From a virus (lineage: Duplodnaviria; Caudoviricetes), in the IMG/VR virus record IMGVR_UViG_3300020037_003335, positions 1-64,000 of that record: DNA of 64,000 bases; one strand, 5' to 3'. The stretch's first letter is position 1, and every line of letters begins with the position of its first letter. The notes beneath the pieces were generated by a model, which did not search any database, was not told the DNA's origin, and saw only the letters and a list, made by a program, of their open reading frames with translations. Below are positions 55,401 through 63,500 of this stretch, one piece after another. The position numbers and the translations under genes are program-made.

Positions 55401-58400
55401 AAATACTATGGTAACTGTTGACCCTACTAATATTGATAATATTAGTAGAACTGAAATAGCTGCACATAATGTTAATTTAGCAGCTGATGGTGTAGTACGA
55501 GTTATACAGCACGCAGATAGAAGTATGGCGTATGGAATAAAATATGATGTTGGTTCAGATAATATATCAGGTACTTTGATAGAGCATTTAGAAGCTTTTA
55601 CAAACACTGTATTAAACCAAATAGCTGACAAATCAAAGACCACGGCAACATATACTGGTAAGAATATTAAGAATATGGCAACACTAAATTCAACTATTAC
55701 TCCACAAATGTTTGGTGTACTAGACGAGCTAGTTATTTTTTTACATGAAACACATAATGCACGATTAGCTGATAAATCGAAAATTACATTTGATGCATAC
55801 GTGAAACTCTTGCCAGATTTGATTTCTAAATACACATCTACTGAAAAGCAAACCAATTCTGTTCTTACATTCAGTGGATCAATACAAATAGTAGACGATG
55901 TTACTAGGTATATAGGAGTTAAACAAACTGAGTTTATGACTGATTATGTTAAGCGTAACTTACACTTAACAAAGAAAATAAGAAAATACAACACTGAAAC
56001 AAAGAAGCCTACTGACATGTATGTAGGAAGATATATTTCAACTAAAGAATTTGATAACTCAACTGCAGCGCAAGAAGCGGTGAATAAAATAATAAATAAA
56101 TCTTGGGCACAAATGTATCTTGGACATATAGAAGAAGTATTATTGTTTTCTGGTAATGCAGATTTGTATGGTACAGCAGAAAATATGTTTAAACGTATGA
56201 GTGCACAGTCATCTACTGGTATTGTTAGTACAGCTACAGCAGAGTTCTTAGATGAGATTGTTGCAGTAAATAAAGCTGCTTTGTCAACTGCGAATCAAAA
56301 TTTAAAATTAGACGCTACTCCGTACACTAGTCCTACAACGACAAAGAATTTTGCACTTATACAAGAAGTAATTGCTAAAGAAGAAGAGTTTACTAATAAG
56401 AAATTAGGAGACGAAATCTATGCTGCACATTATGCTTATAACTATGACTTACAAAGACTGTTAGGAAAATCTTCTGCTGAAGCTAAAGCCACAGCTAAAA
56501 GAATTGCTGAAAATATGTCTAAAGACTTCAAAGATAATATTAATGAAAATGATGGACAGTCTTGGTTAAACATATTTGCGTATCGCCAATACTTAAAAAG
56601 TGTGGATAAATGGACTGATCGTCATCAACAATCGTTTGACTTTGAAATGCTTGTTTTAAATGATATGATCAGAGTAAAAGATAATATAACCAAAGGGCTA
56701 ACAGCTGAAGCTGACATTACATACACACCTTTTTCTGTACTTGTTGCTCAGATATTACATCCAGATTGGGGAATAACCACAGAAAGTTATAATGGGATAG
56801 TAGCTGGAAGAGCGTCAATTGACGGGGAATTAGTTGAACCAAAAGCATTTGTAGATAGTATAAACAAATGGTTAACAGAAACAAGAGAAGGATTTGCACC
56901 ATTAAAACCACAGTATACTGGACCAGTATGGTTAGACAAGAATCATAAAACAATAGATAGTACTAAAAAGATAACTGTTACTGGAATAAGAAAAACTTCT
57001 TATGATGTACTACTTCCAAGTATGTTACGTGGAGAAGAATTTACTTCACGTCGTAAGTTTGCTGATCTTATGCTTAACATGCATGTTAATGGAATTGATG
57101 TACTACATATGGAGTCAGCAGCTAAATCAGGGACTAAAACTCCAATTCCATTATGGAATAGAGATGCTAATGGAACCATTTCAACCCTGAATGACAACTT
57201 GTACACCCATAAAAATCACACATTCTTAGAGTGGCAGTACATGAAAGATCAGCAAAACATTGACACAGAACAGAAAAGTAAATTAAAAGATTCTACTCAA
57301 GCACGTAAAAATATGCTTGCTAACCAAACTCATCGTGGTGTACCAATTGATTTTCCTATGTATAGCATAAATGAAAACGGTGAAAAAGATTATATGAAAG
57401 AAGATGAATGGAAAGCAGCTTGGGATAATTTATCTGAACAAGAGAAATTAAATAGCAGTTCTTTATACACATCTTTTGCGGCTGTTATCGAAGTTCAAAA
57501 TGATTTATTACTGCAAGCTGTAGAAATGTTAGAGAAAGAATTAAAGATTAACAGTAATAATCCAGTAGAAGTAACAGAGCAAATTGTTAAAGTGTTAAGA
57601 GAAGCTGCAACAAAAAGAGAGTCTTCTGATAATATACTTAATGCTATTGAATCAATTATAGATCATGGTTGGGTTGATGTATTACCTAATAGAAATACTA
57701 TAGAACCTATACTAATGTCTTTGGTTAGTAATAATTTAATAACTGTAAAACGATTTGGAAATGCTGTACCACAACTAGCAAGTACAGGTATGGATTTAGT
57801 TGGAACAGTGCGTAAGAATAATTCAGCAACAGCCGAGTTAAAAACGTACCAAATTAATGAAAACGGTGAAACAACTCCAGCAGAGATTATAACTGTACTA
57901 CCAAAGCAGTATCAAAAAGCTGTACTTGCAAAGTATTCTAAAAGAGTGAAACGAGCACTTACATTATTTGAAGCTGTTGAGATGTTAAATGAGGATTTAG
58001 CAAGGGAAAAAAATGATCCAGAATATATGGAAATAGAAATATTTGCATTACGTATTCCTAACCAACAAATGAGTTCTAATGATGTATTCAGAGTTAAACA
58101 ATTTTATATTGGAACAAAAGAAAACTTTGTATATGTCCCAGCTGATATTGTAGTAAAAGTAGGTAGTGACTTTGACATAGATAAACTACAAATGTATTTC
58201 CCTAATATGGATAAAGATTTTAATGAAATTAGATACGAAGGTGGTGCATCATCATTAAGTGAAAGTAGTAAAACTACATTTGAATCAGAAATATCAGACA
58301 GTGAATTAGATGCCTACATGGGACACCTAATGCAAACAGGGCAAGTAGAAAAAGAAGATTGTAATAAAGCAGAAGATGGTGCAGTAACAGCTAACTTTAC

Positions 58401-58566
58401 TCCTGGTGGTAAGTGGGAAACAGTGAAAGATTTAAAAGGAATGCCTTCACATAAAGAAGGCGGTGTTGACCTACAAATCAATAAAGATGGTGATGTAACA
58501 TTCAAGAACACAAGTGGTGCAATAATAACAGCAGCTGCTGGTTTAGTAATTCCAAACATTAACTAA
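43435..58566 (+). CDS. giant virion RNA polymerase polyprotein (N-terminal part of core, including catalytic loop) with zincin domain
   Basis: 5043 aa; HEAFH at 52702; NDGQSW, PLKPQY, MESAAKSG, RIPNQ and GSDFDIDK (DFDID 58168-58182). Confidence 0.92.
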   Translation: MGKLDAMYAMMGDKPIRPRTSLSESDETNVIYGTTPQKELDTYTYEGLNYYNPTDPEASQEARADNQGYVDIIGKGLANMGVSLLKNVAEAPAYIATIATSPLVGVGTAMSGGNGWEAMGTYVFNNQYLQTVQGIKDNIDENVLKIYVPPSVQEGGLWDKFTSMQNMVSQGSEMMGFVLSMYVPGAVVGKLGWGTKLVAGLNAAEAVGDVGLGTKAFNMLAKNFVKGSDAVFGEAGIGKILAGEARAGTVTGEALGIATNVDDAAKLAQGTAASAEAVVSNLDAAKKMLVYTNNAARSTDTGLAIAFNTTLESASEATQSYRDIYDAAKAKGYSEQDARNAAASGATNVFGANMSILAVTNIIGEKFILDGFERVAKGADNNKVAKMIINDAIGDKTSNITELLKHNWFNQSKFGKTLVGKALEPAAKVGGKFAIGAVKEGIVEEGMQTNVSQVAKADALKGEKTFQREGWTFGTSSILTFINGISNYGTLFSEKGNQELAESILMGGIFAGAIEFGGGAIRSLSGETKKANAARKVGYDDLRNNFIYSFKSHNEYFQREPEKNTDGTPNPKAGKLILDQQGRPVLTAEAEGNMKKTEAVRLAQAAHADIITALDPDSVEAEFANFMLEYNVFVDMLSREGGSELMKQAIDGGHLEALIAARYKANNEGNEIDPAMLTSMVNRWKTLGKKTEDQLNFIRSTHSPEMYINYDKNDPKEAAMFKAFNDDMFNERLSNLALHEHVKQVRMDRMKSYEDAVKESAELQTKMDALSFNGAALTPEQVAIKTEYDAAQKMFDDYEKQRPLFSDILDENKAIPADAAPRIKAKYDKIKNKQKIANQGGFSDEMTQEELDFMDVYDKDTGKSQIDAANTYFATAKEVKKINDNPTHAYTKTNSERKLTEMQISAAKEAVTALEKDFETLNNTELGVAKKYKLVGPEFKAAWDKYKADKLKESQQAATDAKDAADMQAKTDGELASAGFDKDMRASLINHLIASGTAVSKDSAEAAQVVFKDLEFTLNTTALQQEYNAYTDKTTEEAKKKLREIEMLTKLAAHPGGWAIVMVQAMDNNGRYVYENGKPRFEKRIISKRAAKYVGKVNDREATRKLFPLMFDENGNKLDEQEVANKREALIATNTAASIAQAAALLSQSKKFVWTTKDKTVERHMEIRVSKDTAFYSKAEVQKHISKFNTSSDYYSNINADGSKKFVKDAKGKDTKKLVENPRNARLRMDEASVDWDQMRGGFGPAIYVGRISKRSLVLSMAPVNKNIVLASNKMKEALAQRQAMIKALEDVRKYNTDLNKSVKNKTAALQTKLNALPKTQNTLAAIAREARLLAYEIEGLTIKIASAENKKNKFKKQDGKLAKDAQSDIDKLNALKEEKDKRLAEIPAIRQALEAEISNAIANINVIKKQIEEHQQEAANLVAYNDAAGLLISTLGSLSEEDIYKLDPSDINSLLTSEGKDLLDVYYQQVKEDLTGKLIVNRAVDKIIVDKENELKAYNKSKQEFEKQLANRKAFNEKLKAITTADVTSDTADALNNLLTAYLQIHNNQYKDAPKALATSIKDSTVKYIRYIEDLLVDIGHDRVIPNFNNAQVAELKLKLETTLTRLKSIAAASTIVEAYSSLADVDNYPASDDLQQAINAVGKKVESYLDLEESLTNILQDLTAIYDFTIDLTKDTKKEIRAKIEATIKNILDSRKEAEKIDANIKAKIAGLDSNINKVNKELQVLQNAAMTDIDFETGAIKTANDEVVIDNFRDLYLAELKASKLAELSEIQKVAGDLQAPIKTTLDDLTKQRKELEKELLQSILSNKEVTATKKLTSFLQLIPQFEKQFNSDSAALLQTVRAVFSRSKTIDVASTASDKKDEEVLASMLNPSTALTLLNRYIADFNVTANSENQISPITEAEYKAVVVTFIDALDAGTKAATEGVLTKLRTTITSIDRVQSIAVDLASKLIVDMDKFSADIARRTQVALNKADRDNGDATYIDDEEIRVEGDDIAEYRQNRVFSTASSNVETSRNIGANEQIDDAPKYIRADPANPNEYTISIAVHGEHYIVEKEDADKEAVYAPIELPKPPDGYDPTNNSPENNEYKKKLELYYNAEDLSDKGLTEQEIAAITEFRRYSANNRFFTWTDANETIHKNIAGKKLFFRAATYKNIQDAAKTNPDLQSIIDDIDNQLKLIQGSSEQQRTANTLQGLIDGNNVILIPYEVVPGVNGGAPTIRPVKGLSSTEKRFNASNPKAKIEPRVLYSSRPLADTVYKSWNSADKIVTTVVNANTELGIEDFNTAKAEVETKLDIELVAPSSMVLDGKEISAFVKKYGISITVNKNEVKILYTLDGDKKELTILNTQAEYKILHALGRDALKLAVIGGILKKVYTTQTKELIRAPQGNAYLQIIKINRGVPVYAQKRIASSNSKQDLKNAELTPVYMPLSEVLPNEPGLQLTVVTRKNAADHPNAIAGDLVVLSSNDLRLPVVTSLFSDETGEAKTHKANMLDVLGLTILKAVETEAKGDLDALRESVPFSTGKITPVKIQVGNEEVDINGYGILPTDMGQSRDGVGALNFYLNFGKYTESHLASKERNQIYIGQGDLVFVYNTRVNGVKTPKTTRIKLSSLIRTDAEGNRYVNLPALFASATNATTEGRALIELENYLNSKRINVHKKLLESSSGVTYIPSVKKNDAGNITTESTLQYTKETVPYSVWAAKNIVRTNHDPKAARRTIQRNLVHDTSFISAENAASLAADILKAEAAKEEARKKQEKENLAAYTAAAASAKHTYSNLAELKALLDTDVFMKSTLTKGTKAALKGVINLATTLASIDPSNIATLNSIGIYFSTSATPITTVTAATAPVITGNTYSTIKELLDILQVEIANKTVLGKKSSTKALAGVLKISPDINKVVLSPEHVKLLEANGIYEAGKAPAATLTPPPPPAPIITAGNPAETAYSHILKMVGNAEFMIALDLANRNSSKFLKDFAADKDKFQENVDNELIAEISELNDAFELWKEEAAKAAITAPTDDDGFSMSRFKDATKKAIQLAEAKRNMAAIFGEKFADENVQMVVGLIQGEGYGAFTADGKILLSNLAEAGTEYHEAFHRVWRMYVPSSKRSELIAEFETRADKEDVLAAVRAAGYKGSREYLIEEALAEEFKLYSDKYKYKNGKLVPKNKIERWFDKLIKFLRALIGRPIQQQFYDDILAGKYKNVAPKYTYKAREAVYSKRIAFKDLPTIDVSSADINAVNTAITVDLFQNELAKGNIHILLNPPANGWDTIDSYTRALVSQGTAVLKKFVSDRSKIVYGNYKDVYGVPASSGLSLGISHILSLINNDKLNATEKYYLVNSTEAVLSIANNGNLELMIKELMKNTSMLQVGEQKTIANISEWTKKSTAERIAYFAVQGNTDKAVMAIGSIIRASIRSKLIDDPSVTALNTINANTTEKRWPTLDRVFSQTMKDRISPRPIDLTMLSVLQKHFQLESEKAAPSTEEQDSYVALLKVESYKNSSSFYVQWTKAIANIGGKLKYERNDGYENENNDDENDETSNDEGVEEEGINTKEDEVVSKDGAYDKLVYEKNPLSSITTLIKLLIKSIPQKDARGNNVLHPTLGVVMAIPWESTINKFINSLANIPTWAMWKEFEKFVKMTPEVSSILKNIEEIKTSADKSDVKVKLNRAFGNHIYNFLITLINKDKIVTTSANSNTGDKRSINAWKNNMTAIDDPAVLNILKDQFEYAFKATHDPVLTARSGHSGNVMPITKTNELPDEKHTINRDKVNTAKEYAEYLGITLDSEIYEAEYAFDEGKNIYDTVKAIYLNAMNTMTKEEKDAVLRNPTQLANKIFGSDAEFGGTAVGTKIEALAKKQAKYSRDVSQSITSNNKKLFAANLNSAMTVTSDGLNYISSLEEGEVNNYIQDELTNRYQEYYGKEDLLTANAETWLEATLYREGTGIKRHPIHLARTKLMLLKYSGVFNSNSVSSVLLRNSITGSRIELSVLDSIKNTMVTVDPTNIDNISRTEIAAHNVNLAADGVVRVIQHADRSMAYGIKYDVGSDNISGTLIEHLEAFTNTVLNQIADKSKTTATYTGKNIKNMATLNSTITPQMFGVLDELVIFLHETHNARLADKSKITFDAYVKLLPDLISKYTSTEKQTNSVLTFSGSIQIVDDVTRYIGVKQTEFMTDYVKRNLHLTKKIRKYNTETKKPTDMYVGRYISTKEFDNSTAAQEAVNKIINKSWAQMYLGHIEEVLLFSGNADLYGTAENMFKRMSAQSSTGIVSTATAEFLDEIVAVNKAALSTANQNLKLDATPYTSPTTTKNFALIQEVIAKEEEFTNKKLGDEIYAAHYAYNYDLQRLLGKSSAEAKATAKRIAENMSKDFKDNINENDGQSWLNIFAYRQYLKSVDKWTDRHQQSFDFEMLVLNDMIRVKDNITKGLTAEADITYTPFSVLVAQILHPDWGITTESYNGIVAGRASIDGELVEPKAFVDSINKWLTETREGFAPLKPQYTGPVWLDKNHKTIDSTKKITVTGIRKTSYDVLLPSMLRGEEFTSRRKFADLMLNMHVNGIDVLHMESAAKSGTKTPIPLWNRDANGTISTLNDNLYTHKNHTFLEWQYMKDQQNIDTEQKSKLKDSTQARKNMLANQTHRGVPIDFPMYSINENGEKDYMKEDEWKAAWDNLSEQEKLNSSSLYTSFAAVIEVQNDLLLQAVEMLEKELKINSNNPVEVTEQIVKVLREAATKRESSDNILNAIESIIDHGWVDVLPNRNTIEPILMSLVSNNLITVKRFGNAVPQLASTGMDLVGTVRKNNSATAELKTYQINENGETTPAEIITVLPKQYQKAVLAKYSKRVKRALTLFEAVEMLNEDLAREKNDPEYMEIEIFALRIPNQQMSSNDVFRVKQFYIGTKENFVYVPADIVVKVGSDFDIDKLQMYFPNMDKDFNEIRYEGGASSLSESSKTTFESEISDSELDAYMGHLMQTGQVEKEDCNKAEDGAVTANFTPGGKWETVKDLKGMPSHKEGGVDLQINKDGDVTFKNTSGAIITAAAGLVIPNIN

Positions 58567-58567
58567 G

Positions 58568-60502
58568 ATGCAAAAAGCAACAAAAATAGAAGCACAAGGA
58601 GGGGAGATAGTAATAAGAAACAATTTTGATGATGTTGCTATTATCCCCAGAAACCTTGTAAAGAAATATCAGGCGTATATGAAAGCTGGCTGCGACGAAT
58701 GTATTGATGAGCTGGTAGCTAGTCTACCAGCTATGAGTCAGTATGCAGCTGATGGTACTGTGATACCACAAGGTAAAAAAGTTAAAGTAACACTGCCTGA
58801 TGGTGAGCAAGCTGAGTACTCTACAGATTCTGTAGAGTACAAAAACTTGTATAGCTCAGGTAAACTAGCTAACGTTGTTAAGGATAAAGTAACAGGTGAA
58901 GATACATACGTAATGCCATCATTAAAGGAAGTTGAAATAGTAGGTAAAGCTACAGGTGCTGCGAGAGATATGATTGATACAAAAAAGAGTTACTCTAAAG
59001 AGCAGTACATAAAAGAAAAACTACCTGCTTTTGCAGGTAGTTTAGGTGTTACGGCTGATAATTTAGGAGGGAATGCTGAAGGATATAAACGAACAATTAA
59101 TACCAAAGTAGCTGAAAACATATTTAAAAGAAAGCCAAATGCAAAAGAAAAAGACTTAACTCCGTATGAGTTAGGTGTGATTAATAATTCGGATTTGGCG
59201 TATAAATTAAAGCCTGATATCTTAGATAGATTTGAACAAGGATGGTTAAGTGTTGGTAATGCTGGTAGTCCTGTTGAATTTAAAAATCCTAACTTAACTC
59301 AAGATCAAGCTAGAGTGGAAGATACTCCATTAAATATACTAGCCCCAATTGAATACGGTTCTAAGGCTGTACAAGCATTGTACAAACCAGGTTATACTCT
59401 AAAAGATGCAGCAAAAGGAAAAGCTAATAATGCAGGAGTAGTGGAAGATATGGTAACTGACCCTTTAAATTTACTTGGCTTAGGCTTAATAGACGATTTA
59501 CCAAAACTAGGTAAAGCTGCAAAAGCTTTAAGTAAAGAACGTCAGATAGCTGAGAGTGTTGAAAATATGACTAAATTAGAAACACTTTCACAAGATGCTC
59601 CTAAATGGTTGTCCGACTTACTATCAGATACATCTTTGAAAAATAGAACAATTGCTAAAGAAGGTAATGCATATTTTAATGCTCTTGATAACCCAGAATC
59701 ATTAAAAAGATTAAAAGACTTTAGTAATGAATATGATGTAGATTTAGTTTCTGCTTATAAGAGAGCTAAAATAAGATGGGAAAACGGAATGACTATAGAA
59801 GGCCACTCTAGATTTAAAATTGCAGGGGATGAAGTATTTAAAGATAATATTACAGATGCAATAGGAGTATCTACATACGATAATGATTTTATATTAAAAG
59901 AATATCTTTCAAAGAATAAATCTAGAAATAGAAATTTATCTGAAGGTTCTGTTAATTATATAAATCAAAAAGCAGATATTCGTGATTTTCATAGGGTCGT
60001 ATGGCATGAATTATCTCATGACATAAATAAAGACATCATAGGTAACGATAAATTTACTGCCGCTGTTGCCAAAATTTTTGAAACAGATATAACTAAAATT
60101 GATAGAGCAGCAGCTGAAAAAGCACGGCAGATGAGTAAGAAGCTGTTTAAATCAAATTGGAAAGAAAGAACAGCTAAAGTTAATCAAAGTTTAGACGAGC
60201 GTATAGCAGAGGAAACAGCATACATAAGCAATCCTACTGAAACTTGGGCATTTTTATCTACCAATTTAAGACAAGATTTAAAAAGTGCTGGTATTATTAA
60301 AGATTATAATGAAATATTAACGCTTGAAAAATTAGACCAGGCTGTCAAGAATGGTACTACTATTTACAGTAGATTTGAGCCCTACATTAAAGATAAAGCT
60401 GAATTTATTAAGCTTTTTAATAAGATGACTTTGGGTATAGGTACTGCTGCAGTTACTACGCCCGCACTAAAAGACCAGCTAAACAAAAACAAATCTAAAT
60501 AA
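58568..60502 (+). CDS. zincin-like metallopeptidase cargo protein inserted between the two RNAP halves
   Basis: 644 aa; WHELSH at 60005 plus downstream PTETWA; N-terminal IEAQGGE and CDEC. Confidence 0.75.
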   Translation: MQKATKIEAQGGEIVIRNNFDDVAIIPRNLVKKYQAYMKAGCDECIDELVASLPAMSQYAADGTVIPQGKKVKVTLPDGEQAEYSTDSVEYKNLYSSGKLANVVKDKVTGEDTYVMPSLKEVEIVGKATGAARDMIDTKKSYSKEQYIKEKLPAFAGSLGVTADNLGGNAEGYKRTINTKVAENIFKRKPNAKEKDLTPYELGVINNSDLAYKLKPDILDRFEQGWLSVGNAGSPVEFKNPNLTQDQARVEDTPLNILAPIEYGSKAVQALYKPGYTLKDAAKGKANNAGVVEDMVTDPLNLLGLGLIDDLPKLGKAAKALSKERQIAESVENMTKLETLSQDAPKWLSDLLSDTSLKNRTIAKEGNAYFNALDNPESLKRLKDFSNEYDVDLVSAYKRAKIRWENGMTIEGHSRFKIAGDEVFKDNITDAIGVSTYDNDFILKEYLSKNKSRNRNLSEGSVNYINQKADIRDFHRVVWHELSHDINKDIIGNDKFTAAVAKIFETDITKIDRAAAEKARQMSKKLFKSNWKERTAKVNQSLDERIAEETAYISNPTETWAFLSTNLRQDLKSAGIIKDYNEILTLEKLDQAVKNGTTIYSRFEPYIKDKAEFIKLFNKMTLGIGTAAVTTPALKDQLNKNKSK

Positions 60503-60503
60503 C

Positions 60504-63500
60504 ATGGGGTGTAAATTTAAATATAACGGACAAACATACGAGAGTGAGGCAGACTTAAAAGCTGTGCTTAGACAAGAACTGAAAGCTAATACAGCAAAAG
60601 TTAGAGATGGTGATAAGCAACCAACTACAAATTCTATTGGTAAAAATGAAAGCGTACTGGGTACTGATAAATCACTGTATATATCAGTGCCTAAGTCACA
60701 GTTTTTGAGAATTTTAACTGTGGACGGACTAGGGTTAAATTATCAGGAAATGGCTGCAGAACAGTCGGACTATAATGCTTATTACACTAAAGAGCATTTA
60801 ATATATTCTAAATCTGATGACACTATGTTAGACAATAATACTGTAAGAATAGAAATAAATGCTGAATATCTAAACAAAGATGCGTCTAATGAATCTGATA
60901 ATTATGTGGCAACTTCGTCAACTATTCCTTATGCTGCATTTAGAAGTATGACTGTAAATAATCAAAATGTAAAAGATAACCTTATCAGTATTTACAAAAC
61001 ATTTCCAGATGGTCAGATAAATGTAAATGATTTTGCGCAACACATAAAAGTTGAAAATAAGCCATCAAATAAAACTCCTGGCAACATTACATTAGATCCA
61101 ATTAAGAAAAGTGCAGGTATAAACCAGGCGGCTAATATTAGAGAGCAGTTACGCAAAAATTATTTAAGTAAACTATTTAATGTTAAAGCTTCTGATGCCA
61201 AGTTAAATTTTAATTTAGGCAATAGTACCAGAGACGCTTTTATTAATATGCATAACGCATACAATAATACAATTGTATCTCAAGCAATTAAGTTAGCCAA
61301 TGAAGACGAGTACTCTAAAGCTATTACCCTATTAAAATCTCATAATCTACAAGGTGCGATATCTGATTTATTGATTATTAAGCATAGATATACAGAGTCT
61401 TATGATTCTATTTTAGAAAATTTAAAAAGTTATAATTTATCTCAGAATATAATTACAGATGTAATATCCAAGTTATCTACGTTACCTTTAAAAGGACTTG
61501 CCACAAAAGCTAATTTTAGTTTCATTGCTACTCAACCAACTACAAACACTACTACACAGCAGCCAGTTGTAGATGAAATCACTATTCAGAAAATGGCTGA
61601 GATTATGAAAGAGATTTATCCAGAAGCTGTTACTGATCAATCTCAATCTGTTACTACTGATGATAAGTTTATGGCAGCTAAAATGGTAGTTGATTTTGCT
61701 AATGGTACAGTAGATACACTTCCTGTTACATATGCTAGCTTGTATATAGCTTGGTTTAGAAATACACCTTTAGTACAAGCTGGTATTAAAGCTTATGGGG
61801 GAAGTGAAGAGGCATTAGTACAAGCTATTGGTGAACAAGCAGTTGTACAAAAAGGTAAGGCTTGGACATGGTGGAAAAAGTTTTTGGCTTGGTTACTAAA
61901 CTCAGCTAATGAATTATCTGATTTATCGAAAACTGAGTTACGTAATATCTTAACAGATGCTTTTTTAAGTAGACAAGATATTACTGCAACTTTAAACGGA
62001 ATTGTTTATTCTAAAGATCAAGTTAATGGAGAGTGGGCACCTGTTGATTTAGATATTGAATTTCCTATTGTGTATCCAAGTGACAAGGCGTTTAAAGCAG
62101 CACTTGATGCTGAACAAGCAGCTAAGGTTAAAAATGATGCTATGATTAAACCTGCGTGGAAAAATAATAAACGAGCTGCTTTAGAGAATAGATTGTTAGA
62201 TATGCATAAAGCTATTGCTTTACATCCTGTAAATGCACAAAATTTACTTGCACCTGTGTCTACAGTTATTACTAAAGGTATAGTAGAGAAATTAGGCATA
62301 AGAGCTAAACATAAAACTCGTGGTGCAGTTATAGACCCACTGTCTAATATTAATGCTAGTATTGCAATGGTACAAGGTAAACAAGGTGTAGGTATAGTAG
62401 CTAATGCAATTAACACTAAAGCTGCTTTAACGGGAGTTGATGCTAAATTAACTCCTATGTACCCTGTACAAAGTCCTTTAAGTAATGATGAAAAACATAT
62501 TCAACTACCTATAAATTTACGAATGTTGGGAATTGAAAAAGTTGAATACGCTGACGGCACATTAGCGTATTCATTAGGTAAACTTGTAGACACTTTTGGT
62601 AACTCAATTATAGCTAATTTATCAGAATCTTTGACCCAACAAGTAGATAATGTTAAAGATCCCGTAGCAGTTGAATTAGGTTATACTTTAAAGACTTTAG
62701 GATTAACATCATACATACTTACTTTAGGAGTTCCACAAGAAGTTCTTGCAGGTCTTACAGCTAAAGGCGGTGTGGTTACAGCTTGGAATGATAGAGTAGA
62801 AGAAAATGAGAATTTGTTTCACAAAGGAGCTACTGAAGAATCTTATGAAGTTGTTGAATACACAGGTGAACCTAGAAAAATATCTACACGTTTTGAAGAA
62901 AGTAATTCTACATTGAAAATTGAGTTTATAAATAGTCTACTTAGAAAACAGCCCGTTCCATCTAAATATATTGAACCTGTTGTAGATAATAATGGAAGAC
63001 CTAAAGGGCATATACTTAAACACGAAGCACTTGATATTGATAACGTATCACTAGATAAATATGATGCAGTGAAATTGTTGTTTTATTGGGAATTAATTGA
63101 TCAAGCTAGAGCATACGGCAATACTATAAAAGCTTTAACTGCGGATACTAAAACACATAAATCTATTGATGCAGCTGCTCAACAGCAGTTACTGATTGAC
63201 CAGCAATTACTAGGTATTGAATCTATCGTAGATAAAGATGATATATCAAAAGTTATATCTTCTAGAGCTGCTTTAAAATCTAATACTAAATCTGTAATTA
63301 GTCCTTTCTTTAATATGCAGAGAAAGTATGGTGAATATTTTAGTAAATATTTTTACACGCACGAAAATGGAATCAGTGCTTATTTAGCTGCAAGTTTAAA
63401 AGCTAGGTATAAATTGTATAGTGGGGATAGACTTAACAGACTTATTAGTACAGCGCATAATGATTTTATGATTTACCTTATGACAAGAATGACCGCAGTT

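Noticed and set aside
58540-58570. Programmed frameshift fusing the RNAP ORF to the 644-aa ORF
   Set aside because: The downstream frame has a stop at 58547, there is no obvious slippery site, and a proper ATG follows 1 nt after the stop; translational coupling is simpler
58363-60503. RNAP interruption as a classical split intein or group I/II intron
   Set aside because: No recognisable intein blocks, homing endonuclease, RT or non-coding structured RNA space; the interval is fully coding
168-62416. The many minus-strand and nested plus-strand ORFs in the track
   Set aside because: They are shadows of long plus-strand genes or low-complexity A-tracts, with no motifs or independent leaders
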